Source of the DNA: Trichoplax sp. H2
Lineage: Eukaryota
Assembly: GCA_003344405.1 (NCBI GenBank)
Contig: NOWV01000030.1
Coordinates: forward strand, 372,001-436,000
Direction: 5' to 3'
Length of the DNA: 64,000 nt
A program made the position numbers and the translations under genes. Within the stretch, counting starts at the first letter, position 1. Every line of letters begins with the position of its first letter. Of this stretch, positions 51,691 to 64,000 are shown one piece after another. The notes below the pieces were generated by a model that did not search any database, was not told the origin of the DNA, and saw only the letters and a program-made list of their open reading frames with translations.

Positions 51691-52823
51691 ATAAATTAAT
51701 TTGAAGCTAATTTAATTTAAAAAAACAGTAATGCTGTTTTCTTCAGTGCTTTAATTTAAGTTAACGGTATTTAATCTTCGTATTGAGCATTAACACCAGA
51801 ATGTAAGTTGTAATTATCTTTCTTTGCTTTACCTTAAAATAATTGCCTACGCTATTCAGGTATTTGTCTCTCTGGTGGAATCGATTTTAATCACGTTATT
51901 ACTGTCTAGTTTGCACAAATAATTAGCAACGTCTACGATATATTAAATTTTTAATCAGATAATGTTATTATTGTATTCTATTTAAAGTTAGATTAATTCT
52001 ATTTTCAATAAATGCTATGGAAGTGTAACAACTAAGACTCGATGTTACACTAGGTGATGAATTATCTGATCTATAAATGAAACATTTTCAGTTTAATCTT
52101 GATTATTCAGAAAATTTATCAATTTATATTGATCGATAAACTTAAGTAAATGATTAAAAAATGGGGCTATACTGCACCGCAGAAGAATCCAAAATTACTT
52201 TATGCCTGCACTATCAACGTTTACAAAGACACATTAGTGCGATTTATAATTCAAATATTAGCTAATTAGTTAAAGAATTAAGTAAGTAATTTACGATTAC
52301 AAGAATAATTAAAAAAATCCTATATGCAATGTATGAAAAAGTCATATGTAGTTTAATGTGCCGTCATCAATTAGTGCCATACCATTTAATAATACGACAT
52401 GATGTTGCGTCTACAGTAAGCTTGGTTTACTATGTAGCAAAGTCGTGAGAGAATACTTATCCGCTCTACTCTAAATGAATCCGTTCAATGTTCTATCACG
52501 CTACAAAATATTTATTTCATATATAATATTATGTATTTGTTTGCTGAGGTAATCCTTAAAGAAATTCAATATTTATTTCAACATTGGATTCTACAATCAA
52601 TAACATATCCATTGCGGTTAACCAAAGTTCTATAAAGCTTTGAATAGGTTTTGATTTTTAATAAATACCAAGATCCATCCATCTTACGCGCAAAATACAT
52701 ATAAATTTTCTATTTACTTCAAGTTAAGAATAGTGACTTGAAAATAGTTTTTATTAAATATTCAATTTGAATCGTCTGGATATAACCGTAGCCAGTGAAA
52801 TCTGCATTATAGTTCGCATAAAA

Positions 52824-52885
52824 TTTTCAATTTATTGACGAATGCATTGGCTGGATATAAAATGCGTAAGTCAATAAATTGAAAA
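52824..52885. other. 62-nt inverted repeat/hairpin downstream of the GPCR stop codon
   Basis: TTTTCAATTTATTGAC (52824-52839) pairs perfectly with GTCAATAAATTGAAAA (52870-52885). An inner ATGCATT/AATGCGT helix encloses a 12-nt loop. Confidence 0.7.
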
Positions 52886-53292
52886 ACGATAACTAGATTA
52901 TGGTACATAGTGATTTGGTCGATCTTAGTAATATGCGGCACAATTTTTATCAAGTAGGGAGTACTACAAGAATATGAAGAGAAATATAGATAAATACTGA
53001 CGAGAGTTATTGTTCTTCACATATTTGTAATGCCGTGTCTAGATATAGCGTAAGTGCTAATAGGAAAAGTAAGGCATGATTGATTGATACCGATTAGAAA
53101 TATAAACTTCTACTAATTACTAATGTCTTTACAGTGTGCACCATCATATCAATTTTCCACTGAAGGTTTTATCCACACTGTAACAGCTACGATATTTAAA
53201 TTTCATAGCCTTATTGTCATCACTTTTATAGGCTAGACCCTATAATCGCGATCTTAAAGGAATTGTCGTACTTACAGATAAAATTTAATGAC

Positions 53293-54330
53293 TTAAATTC
53301 TATTCGAAGGATTGGATAGCGCCTTCCTGGCGGTAGGAGAATCATTTATTGCTGGTGTTTGCGATGTCTTTCCTTTAGAAGACCACCTTGGTCGATGATG
53401 ATATCTATGACAAGCTTTAAAAGCATCCGTTATATCTTGTCTCATCTGCGTGCTAGTAATAACATAAATGACAGGATTGCACATGCAATGCGCAAATGTC
53501 ATCCAAATTGTCGCTTCCAGAACGAAAGTGACTAAAAATTTAACCTTGTAAAATGTAGGAACAGAAGTGATTAATAGTGAAAGTAATTGATAAGGGAAAC
53601 AGCAAACAAGGAAAACAGCAGATGTTATTGACATAGTGATGATCACTTTATGTTTATAATGATGAATTGAAGAATTGGATAATCTAGATCCCATTCGAGT
53701 TAGTTTAATGCCAATATATATGTGGATAATACATATGAGCAGAAATGGTAGAAAGACGAATAAGGTCGACGAGCAGATGACATAAATTTTTTGAAGTTGT
53801 CTCGTTGGCCAAACTTGTCGACATTGTTGGCCGTTTCGGCTTGTTGTCACTTTTAAAAATATGAGTGGCGGAATAGCACTTAAAGTTGACAATATCCATA
53901 TCGATGAAATAGCTGCAATAAGATATTTTTTAGGTATCCCATTGGTTAAAGTTAAATTGAGTGAACGATAGCGATCAAATGCAATAATGAGCAATGTTAG
54001 CCACGAGGCATAAAATCCACAAGTTTGCAATAAGTAAATTAATTTACAGACTATAGGACCAAAGATAAATGTTCGTGTCAGTAAGAGAACCATGATGACG
54101 GGGATTGTTAATGTAACCATTAAATCGGCAATGGCTAAATTTAGTATGCAGACGTTATTACTCGATCGAAATTTCTTTTTCCAAATTAAAATGGAACAGA
54201 TTAAAATATTACCAAGTAAGGAGAGTAAAAATATAGATGCATAACCAATTTCAGCAAAGATGACATTAAGAGATATGTGAGGAGGCTCTAATATTATAGA
54301 ATGATTAGTTGTATTATTTAATCCAGCCAT
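53293..54330 (-). CDS. Intronless rhodopsin-family GPCR, neuropeptide-receptor-like, 345 aa
   Basis: Seven TMs with GN (TM1), NLAIADL, CKL..DRY, W4.50, C..VWP in ECL2, FLVCCFP and CNPVIY; N-glycan sequons NTT and NHS near the N-terminus. Confidence 0.93.
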   Translation of the reverse strand: MAGLNNTTNHSIILEPPHISLNVIFAEIGYASIFLLSLLGNILICSILIWKKKFRSSNNVCILNLAIADLMVTLTIPVIMVLLLTRTFIFGPIVCKLIYLLQTCGFYASWLTLLIIAFDRYRSLNLTLTNGIPKKYLIAAISSIWILSTLSAIPPLIFLKVTTSRNGQQCRQVWPTRQLQKIYVICSSTLFVFLPFLLICIIHIYIGIKLTRMGSRLSNSSIHHYKHKVIITMSITSAVFLVCCFPYQLLSLLITSVPTFYKVKFLVTFVLEATIWMTFAHCMCNPVIYVITSTQMRQDITDAFKACHRYHHRPRWSSKGKTSQTPAINDSPTARKALSNPSNRI

Positions 54331-57300
54331 GATTACTTTAAAGATGTCAGTAAGGTTGGATAATTATTAGAATACTCTAGAACTTGAGGATTGATAGGAT
54401 TTTAGAAAATAAAGATGATGTGATCTTATTGAATGGAGTCAGTTTTAAACGTCTTACTAACTTAATGTGTGAAGATAGTATGGTAGTAAAATAGTATTAT
54501 TGAGACACTCTAGGGTTAAATCGAGCTTTCGAAGGAAATAAAAACGATACTTTAATAAGTTCTTTATAAAACGACGATTAAGTACTTTAATAAATGCAAA
54601 TACTGTAATACTGCTGCGAGAATTATGAATTAATCAATCAATTTTAAATTTATAGAAATACCTTGCTTTCTATTTGAATCGAACAAAGTAAATGTCATAC
54701 GGATATGATTGTATATTTATAGATTCGGATTATCTGTAGATGTATTATGATGGTATTTATATTTGCTTATTTGTGATGTTAACTGACATTGATTAATTAA
54801 TTAGCTCGCCATTTGCTTGAATAATTTCAGTTCTTACATTGCTTTGATTTTAATATTACGCAACATCATGGGTTTATGTTGATGTTTTATTATTTAAAGA
54901 AATCTAGAATAAATCATCAAAGTGAAACAACAACGCTTTGTAATATTGAAATTAAGAACTATAGATTGATCGAGCAGTTTTTAATATTATTATTGAATTG
55001 ATAATGTAAGAGAAAGAAATGTATTCTTCTGGGATTCATATTTATTTTTGAAGGCAGATAGACAAATACAACTGTATACTTATCCTTGCTGGATCTAAGA
55101 TTGATCTTGTTAATGTTAAAGGAATATGATTGAAGATGAATGCTCAGCGGATGAAAACAAGCAGCAATAGTAATAAATTATTTTCTCATTTGTTCCTTTC
55201 AGCTATATGTGAAATTGATTGTACATCTAGAATTAATAATCAACATGAACTTCAATATACTTTATATTGTGACCGTAGGCGAAATAAATTCCGGTTGTTG
55301 TTGACTTAATTAATTGTAGCTTTATTTAGAATAGAATATCTATAGCAAATTAAAAGTGGGTAAATATAAAAGTTTTTTACGACTTTTTATTAATCAAAAG
55401 CGATCAATGACGCATTACTAATATTAAGGTTGCGATATTCTGATCTGAGCTATTTCTTGTAAAGAGGAAAAGTCTCAATAAGAAACAAAGCCCTACCGAA
55501 AAATCCTCATCGGGAGCTTTAAAATTGAAAATTCAGATATCTTTTTCTCAGTTGCACTATTTAAATTAAATAAAAAAATATGCAAACTCCATTAATCGTT
55601 TTCTATAGAGGTAATATTATTAAAAAATGATGAAAACAGCTATAATTATATTAATGCGTATTGAAATCACAGAAACCTGCATCTCAATGACAGTGAATAA
55701 TTTTTTTCATTTTCATGCTATTGAGAATTAGAATTGATCTTATCCAGCTATTACAATACTATGGTAAGAATTACATTTGTTTAGTCATTTTAGTAATACA
55801 GTTGTCAATTTTAATAACACTTTTCGCACGGATCGTACGTATATTGTAACAAGCTCATTTTTCAGCTTTCATTCGCTTTCTCTATACAAGTATTGGCAAG
55901 CTTTATTTAAAACTAAGCCTAGTAGGATATTTATTACTCTTATATTCCTTTCTTAGTAATAAATAGTACCTATATTCTTAATTAGTTTTATGACGATGTT
56001 ATCAAGCCTACGTTAAGTTATTTCTATATTGAATTAATTTGTCCTCTAATTAGTCTAAAAGTAAGCTAAAAAGGATCGCTAAAAGGTTAGAAGTGATATT
56101 AGATTCATGATGATTATGCTTATAAGGTAATCAGAGTTTACTAAGGACTTCCATTGTAGTTTGATTTATTAATCATTTTTTAGATGATTAACACATCACC
56201 ACTAGCTGTATATAGCCTTCATTTCTTTATGTAAACGGCAGCTAATATTAGTTTCTCTGTTTCAAACAGTATGTTAACAGTTGTTTTTATAAATAAAATA
56301 TGCATCCAATTTATTTGCTAATTTGTCTTCTAAGATATTGAATTTGTAGATGGGTGATAACTAGGTAGCTACTAGGAAGGAAGTACATACGTTGAAAATT
56401 TTAGCTGATTTCGATTTCGTCTGTGTTTGAATTCGTGATACTTCGTTCATACGATTGGGTTAGTGAGATACAAAATTTATTTATTCATTGTGCATAGTAG
56501 ACTTGCTCAACTTTAAACAAATATTTAAAAGTTTTTGCTTTCATTTGCAATGTTTTGGCCAATTATTAATTAATGAATTTAAAATGGCGGCCAAAATGAA
56601 TTTTTTTACTCTTTATTCAAATACTCACAACTAGCTAATATGATTTTATTAGGTGGAGTTTCTGCTAGCTAGTACATTCAGTTTAACTGTATCGACCAAG
56701 ACATATTCAATACAAAGTATGTCTGGAAAAAATAGCTGCATTTGCCACTAGCTTGAATACTTTATGTATTATTCACAGTAACTATAAATGTCATCGACTA
56801 CACAGCTTTATGGTTCCTTAGCCTAAAGCACCACTGCCTACGTTTTTCAGATTTACTTACTTTAATTAAAATTTGATCAAGCATATCATTGAACATGGAT
56901 CTATAAATTTATATTAAGAAATTTCTTTTATTGCCTTCGAATATTCTACCGTACTACTCCATTTTTAGATATTTCATGAAGCAGCTTAAAACCATTAACT
57001 ATTTTTATTACTCATAATATCAGAAATGAAAGGACAATTACATAGGATATTCGAACTAATCACCTTAAATGACCATGCTTTTAAATGCTATACAAGTCTT
57101 AAGAAAATCGTTTGATTATTTGCGTTCAACAAAATTTAGTGCAAATTAGTTTATTCATATACATTTAATTTCACTAAATCGAATTTGCTTGTACTCGGGG
57201 ATTGATAATTATAATAGATCATTTCACTATTTGAAGCTTACATTTGTGGTCTAGAATTTATCCATTAAAATGGCAATTATTCCTTTAAATGTTATTGAAC

Positions 57301-60300
57301 TCTGAATCTATCGATAAGCGGTATTGAATTCCTTTACATTTCAAATATCATGAAAATTTATCATACATTTTAGGTAAAACGTAGGGCAATAATCTAAAGT
57401 AATACAATAAAATTAAACAAGATCAGACTCTTGGACAAGCTGATGATCTCTATAATAATGATATTACTACGGTAGAGATCGGTCACCTACCGATGCTAGC
57501 ACAGTTAAATTAAATTCGGTTTATCTTCTATATTAGAACCGAAATCTTGATAAGTTAAAGTAGACAGATGCATTTATTATTCTACAGTGACGTAGTTTAT
57601 TAACTTTGAACTTGACTTTATCGGAAGCATATACTATTTATATTGAAATTCGTATTTGTGATATCATCAAAATTTTTTCTAAACAGTTTTATCAGTGACT
57701 TAGTATATTTTAACCGTAGTCTAAAATCGATGTCAAGGCTATTTAATATTGCTATTTAAAAACTAAAATTTGCCTGCTCTACTTGGCACCGTCATGGTAC
57801 TCTCTAGGTTGTAAAAGGATGGATTTTATCTTATATTTTTAATTTAAATTTGGAATTTAACTCTTTAGTGGTACTTTTCTATAAGCTAGTATCATGGTGT
57901 CAATTCTATATACCCAAAGTCCAAATTCCGATAAAATAATGCTGTAATATTAAAAATATATGAATTAAATTGCAGGTATGACTGGCACCTTGTTAATATA
58001 TTAATGAATAGAATACGCTTCCTTTAAGTTGTTTGTATTCCATAATTACATATGCTAAGTCTAAAGTACATATGGCATATAATAGATAAACATCTCATAA
58101 TTGAAAAGAAAAAAAATGGGTAAACAGTTTAGCTAATTTACGTAACTGGAAGGCAATTGTATTCTAAAATTATAGCTTTTGATTTTAGACGGTATGTTCA
58201 GTGACATAATTAATGTTCAAATAACGATTTTAAACATTACATTATCCATACTTTACAAATTACTACGTCAAATTATCTTACCGCTATGATGTTTTCTTCA
58301 CATATTTATTCTAGAACTAACATGCTTTCAGTTTTGACAATTCAAACATGATGTTTCTAATTTACTCTGATCGACACATTAGTTTTCAAAATGATATACT
58401 GAAAGATGAACATTGAGGTAATAACTATTGAAGAATTTCAATATTCGAGTGAAGATATGAGCGTGTTATTACTCCTTAATTATGTAAAGTAAATTGTGTG
58501 GATTAGTGTTAACTAGGGTAACGGAAAGCGATTTCAATTGAAAACATTCACAAGCTCTCAAACAATGATTAATTATTACAATCGACTTCGTAAGTTTCGC
58601 AATGTTGCAGTGCTGGTAAATATGGAGCTGTAATAGCAATTAAATTGTAATTTTACTGATGATAGATCAAATTTTCATGAAAAATGATAGCTATTTTTAC
58701 TTAGAATCGCGTCTTCAACGGAATTTAATAATATCAAAAGAAAAATTTTAAAACAATATAGAATAATTACTTGGTCGTATACTTATTCTAAAAAATCTAA
58801 TATAGCGATCGGTACCTTAATTAAGAACTAACTAAAGAAATTGGCAGCTATTTTTAGATTGTAAGCTTAACCAGTACATTTCTTTCTGTTGAAGAGGTTG
58901 GTAAGGTCAGGCCGAGAAAGTCATTTTGTTGATAAAATTTTGATGAATTTTTTATGTTAACTCTTTTTATGGGGAAAGTAAAATCGCTAACATCCAGTTA
59001 CATTGATTTAGTACCCTTATTGGCCAACTTTTGTTAATTATTTCATCAGCCATCGAAAATTACCCTCGAAATGTCTTTGCATCAGTCACATATTCTACTT
59101 TACCATAGTAATATTGAATACGAAATGCACGTTTTAGACAAAACTATATTATGAGACTAATGCAGTTATTCTGGGAAAACTGAATAAGTTTTCATCGTAG
59201 GGTTTTTGGTATGGTGTTCATTGCTCTCTACGACTTATCAGTTCTTGGGACATTCATTTAAAAATAGTAATCATTACTAATGTATAATCGAAAATAGATT
59301 CAGTACTTTTGCACCTGCACCTTAATATAAGCATAAGAACAATCACTATTCTTACTATTGTATGATTGTAGTTAACCATCGCAACTGAAACATTTAATCT
59401 TCTTACAGAAACTTTTTGAATATTCCAATAACTGCCAAATTATGTTATATAAAAGAAAGTGAAACATAAATATAAAGAATAATAAGTACTACGTGTTTGC
59501 TTTACAAACAAGATACACCACTTAATAAATTACTGGTAACCTTTTTGGGGTCAGAATTGACTACTTTCATTTTCAGTATAGTGAAAAAATCGAGATTTTT
59601 ATTTACTGAAGGTACCGTATTTATTCCATTAATCCAATATAAGAGAGAAAATTAGCTGATATATAAGTTTCAATTAATAGAGCAAAAGATACCGTTATAC
59701 CAGAGTAGTAAGCACAATATTTATATAAAGTATGAAAGTAGCGATACTATATTTATATAGAATATGAATTTAGGCAACGTGAAGTATTAAACCATATGAT
59801 TTAATACATTGACAGATTAGTACATCATTCCATTCGATCCAAAGAGGCATGATTTAAGATCAGAGTTTCTACGATATTTAACTAATGTAGGACACGCTTA
59901 ATTAATAAACGAATTTAAGATTCAACCTTGCAGGCAGTAGGTACGCGAATAGCTAATCAAATGTATATTTAAAGTACAATTTGGTAGTATTGAAAATCTA
60001 AATGGGAACAATTTCCACCGAAATATGGGCACACACACTATATAAGTACCCTTGTGCAGTTATTAAATATAAAACTTGCTACGGTTATCATATGAGCTAA
60101 TGCATTATGCGTATATTTAAAAGTTTGATATAATACCGCACGTATAAAGTAGAAAACTAGATATAGTAACCGAAATTCTTTTTTAGAATCTTGTTGTAGC
60201 ATAGGTTATGGTAGAATAGCAAAAATTTTTTCGTTGCTTGAATATGATATACAGTACTGTAGAGGATAGTATGCAATAGTGATATTATTGCAGAATTTTC

Positions 60301-63300
60301 GAACTCTGATACTGGATTTTTACTGAATGAAGTATACAAGTTTCCTTATTAAGAATACTACAGATTGATAACTCCTATTACGATGAAATAGTAGTGGCTA
60401 ACTATCTTTTATACTATTAATCTTATAAGTCATGCTCCTAGTTCCGATTATAGCTTGTGTTCGCGTATATTATTGCAACGATTTCTGTTTTTATTTATGA
60501 TTCATCATGAATCTACAAACCAACAGATTGTAGAACTCGATGGAATATATCCACAGATCACAATAGCTTGTTATTTGTGAAGTGTAAATGTGTGCAGAAT
60601 TTCTAGCATTTTTATTTTCGCCCGTACAGTACATAAGATTGTTAGGCTTAGTAAATGATATGTATAATTATATAAAACAATTAGTACAAATAGTGAGATA
60701 TAGCACCTGATATCAACATTTGCGGGGTTGATTTCATATAATGTGCTGTCAGTATCGTAGGTGATATAATTGCATCTTATCATTCGAGTATTAATTTGGT
60801 AAATTTGAAATATTCTAGCTTATTGCATATTAGGTTGTGTATTTTGTGGTAGATATTATTTAAACGGAATAATGTGTTCTTTTACAATATTTATAAGAAA
60901 TAGCGAAGAGCCGTTATTATAAGACTAATACTTTCATTAAATATCCAGCTGGTCAAAGTGTTACATTGAGTAATAATTTGAAAAGTTTTCCTGGAATTAA
61001 TGTGGCAGCGTTTCATGTAATCAAAATGCAAATAATCATACGTTTACATGCTGGAGCTACCATGATACATTTGATATGCTTTAACTTACATTAAATGTTA
61101 TATTAAAAGATTAAAACTGTAATGAAAGGAGTAATTTCGGCTAATTACGGTAGTAACATATAATATTATAAAACTATGTCACCTTAGTGATTTGCTGAGT
61201 TTTAATAACTTGAATTTCGAGTTAGTAGATTGTAATCTATGGGACTATAAAACCCATCCAAGACAATAAGAATTAAATAAATAATTATTATATAGAGAAG
61301 ATTATAGGTAGATATGAGTATCACCAATATGTATAAGTATTCCTATGATGAAGATACATCGAAGATATTTCTGGGTCTTCTCTTATCTCGAACAACTTAT
61401 CAAGATTAGTTTTCTATCACAAGTATAAGTTTTGTCCTTAAGCTTCATGGCAGAAACAATAAAGATCGTCTCCTTACGCTTAAACGATAAAATACCCATA
61501 TTACTTGTTCTTATGATCTTCTATTGATTTTAATTTTATCACGATAATTTATAGCATTATAACTTATAAAATATTGATGTTGTTATTTATTTATTTACGT
61601 AGCATGACAGCCGGCAGGCTTGGCAGGAATTAAAATTTAATTTAACTGAGTTATTGATCTAGTTGAAATATACCGTGAAAATTTATCATGGAATGGCGAT
61701 AGTCAATCTAGCTAACAAAGAACCAACCGCTATTATGTTCTTTCTGAGAATTATCTCGGCAATCGATGTAGGGCAATTGCTGAGAGAGGTTAATACAGTA
61801 TATGTTATTGTTAAAGTTTAGGGATCTGAATTACATATGCTATGATAATGATAGTCTAAAATCCCTATAAATGATCAAATACCAAATTCCTCCAATTTTA
61901 ATATAATTTCGATTGCTAGTTATAAGTATTTCAGTGAAAGCTGAAATTCTATATATGCTGGTGATAATTTCGCTAAACATTGCATTTAATTTGTATTTGA
62001 CTGTATAAAAATGCAATGTACTATCTACTTCTTTAGATATTTACACATCTAAAGTTGGTACACGATGTTACACTACTCATTTCCCCTTATACAAGTATCT
62101 CTTACAATGAGTATTTCTTGACTAGTAGCTTGTATATATTTTTCAGCATAGGTTATTGCAAGAAATGAATGATAGAGTATTAATTTTTTTCTGCTGTAGT
62201 TGTGGTACTTTTTTGCTGAGTACTTTATTAACTGAATTTTTAGTGACCTGATGAGCATTGAAGATTTTAAATTAATTCATTCTCCATTTCTACTTTTTTG
62301 TTATAAATAATTATGAAACAATTAGTGTATGATATTAGTTAAAATATTACTTCCGGGATGACGATAGTGTTATCGAGTTAATATATATATATAATTATAA
62401 TATATGTATTTTAATTCTGTGAATCAGATTAACTAATTATTAGCTTTACGTCAGATGTCTTTTATAGTGATCCGTTTGCGATTATATTGCAATTTCAATT
62501 TTATTTCTTTCTGTCTTTGTTAGGCTTAAGATTGTAACGATCTTTATTGCTTGAAAATTTATGCAATAGTTTTGATTTCTGCTAATTTTTGCATGTTTCA
62601 CGATCCAGCATGTATATATACAACATGAAGGGTAGTAGTAATTGATGATCGCATACAATTTTGACTGGTGTATATTAAACAACCTATTGAGAAAACAAAG
62701 CAAATTAATATGTTAACTAAATGATCTTCTGTTTATTCACCTAAATCGGTGATTCATAATGTTTGTACACATACGTTAAATGATGTATTTACCGAGAAAG
62801 AATACTTGGTCTATTGAGAGAGTAATGAAATAAAATTATTCTTAAAATGTAAACTATCTATAAGAAGCTGTGTCACAACCCTCACTTGTGGCAAAGGAAA
62901 GTAAAGAACTCTAGTGTAGTTACTTAAAACTTGGGCTATTTCTCCCAGTACTTTCAGTTTCTATGAGAGAAGTATTTGAGAACTCGATTTCTCGGCTGAT
63001 CTCTACAGACAACTGACTAATTATTACACTATTCTTCACGATATGAGTCTTGCCGTTTCTTGAGCAATTACTTACTTTATTCTACAAACACACGCGCTTA
63101 AATAGGTTTCTACAGTGAATTCCAATATTAACGAGTGAGAATTCATGCTTTACAAGTTACATTAATTAGTATAATACCATTACTAAATATACATGTCGAT
63201 ATTCTCAGACTTAGATAGCTACAAGCTATCAGGTGTTAAGACGCTTAACCTTCGTTCATATACAGCTCAATTTTTAGAGATTAACACACCTTATAAACCT

Positions 63301-63799
63301 ACGTAAATTAACTGCTAACAACTTCTATTTTTATCTCATTTCTACCATCCTATTATCAGCTACCAGCGCATTAAAACATAGCACATAACCTTATCTTATC
63401 TATTCATAAGCATTCATTAATTTACAGTGACTTAATTAGTAACGGCGTACCGTGGCAAGCTGAAAGACGTTGTACAATATTTTGATCATTTGTAACGTTA
63501 AATATACTACGACGGTAGAGCTTATAAATTTTCAATTACAACTTATCTGAATGGCTATATAAATAAGTTGATGATTAATAGACGCTACATCGTGATTATA
63601 CGAATAATGTAAACGCTAATATCTTACAATTGTATTATAGTATTGATAAACTTTAGTGAGTAGGACAACTCTAATTTAGCAGCTTAGGCAACGTCTACTA
63701 AATCATTTACAATTCCATAAACGTTCTCATGTAATTTATCGATCTGTAGATCAACTGTGGTTAGTGTAAAATCAGATTATAAATCCCAATAATAACATC

Positions 63800-64000
63800 A
63801 CGTATACGAATTATGATAATATGGGGTAGACTTCGCGACTTTTTCCTTCAAAACTGAATGCGTAACTTTGACATTATAAGCGGATAAGCCATTATTTTAC
63901 TTCCATCATAAGATGGAAATATTAGCTGGAGATGATAAAACGGCCGAGAGATTGGAAAAATTTCGATAGCAATAAATATGAAGGTTTAACAAAGATGTCC
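63800..64000 (-). pseudogene. Possible decayed GPCR fragment running off the window edge
   Basis: The minus strand reads TSLL(frameshift)TFIFIAIEIFPISRPFYH, resembling a TM3/ICL2 S..TL..IA.ER..AI.RP pattern, followed by stops. Confidence 0.25.

Noticed and set aside
52824..52885. SECIS element
   Set aside because: No AUGA/GA quartet geometry, and the upstream GPCR ends in TAA with no in-frame TGA.
54331..63700. Small ORFs (60157-60339, 60571-60783, 62073-62258, 62482-62703) and scattered splice-like signals
   Set aside because: AT-rich, low-information translations with no motifs or consistent exon chain; treated as intergenic.

Overview
AT-rich, intron-containing animal genomic DNA. The short GT-AG introns, 42-aa TPR repeats and several rhodopsin GPCRs suggest a basal metazoan such as a placozoan (inference). 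Reconstructed genes: CSTF1 (+, 15 exons); a class I HDAC-like gene (-, 4 exons, ~890 aa); two tandem 15-exon CLCA-like genes (+, ~1420 aa each) separated by a decayed TPR-repeat pseudogene with an internal inversion; a two-exon atypical class A GPCR with a 4.7-kb repeat-containing intron (-); and an intronless peptide-receptor-like GPCR (-). There are also local tandem duplications and possible GPCR relics. Three intact-ORF protein types appear to have lost their canonical activity. (1) The HDAC has lost both catalytic His and its canonical Zn-ligand set and carries a ~550-aa tail. (2) Both CLCAs have HEXXH replaced by RQWAR, and have a basic RxxR insert, five FnIII domains and a TM anchor. 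(3) One GPCR lacks DRY and has Lys at the sodium-site position 3.39. No rRNA, tRNA, CRISPR array or intact transposon was recognised. All reference comparisons are from recalled family motifs, not database searches.
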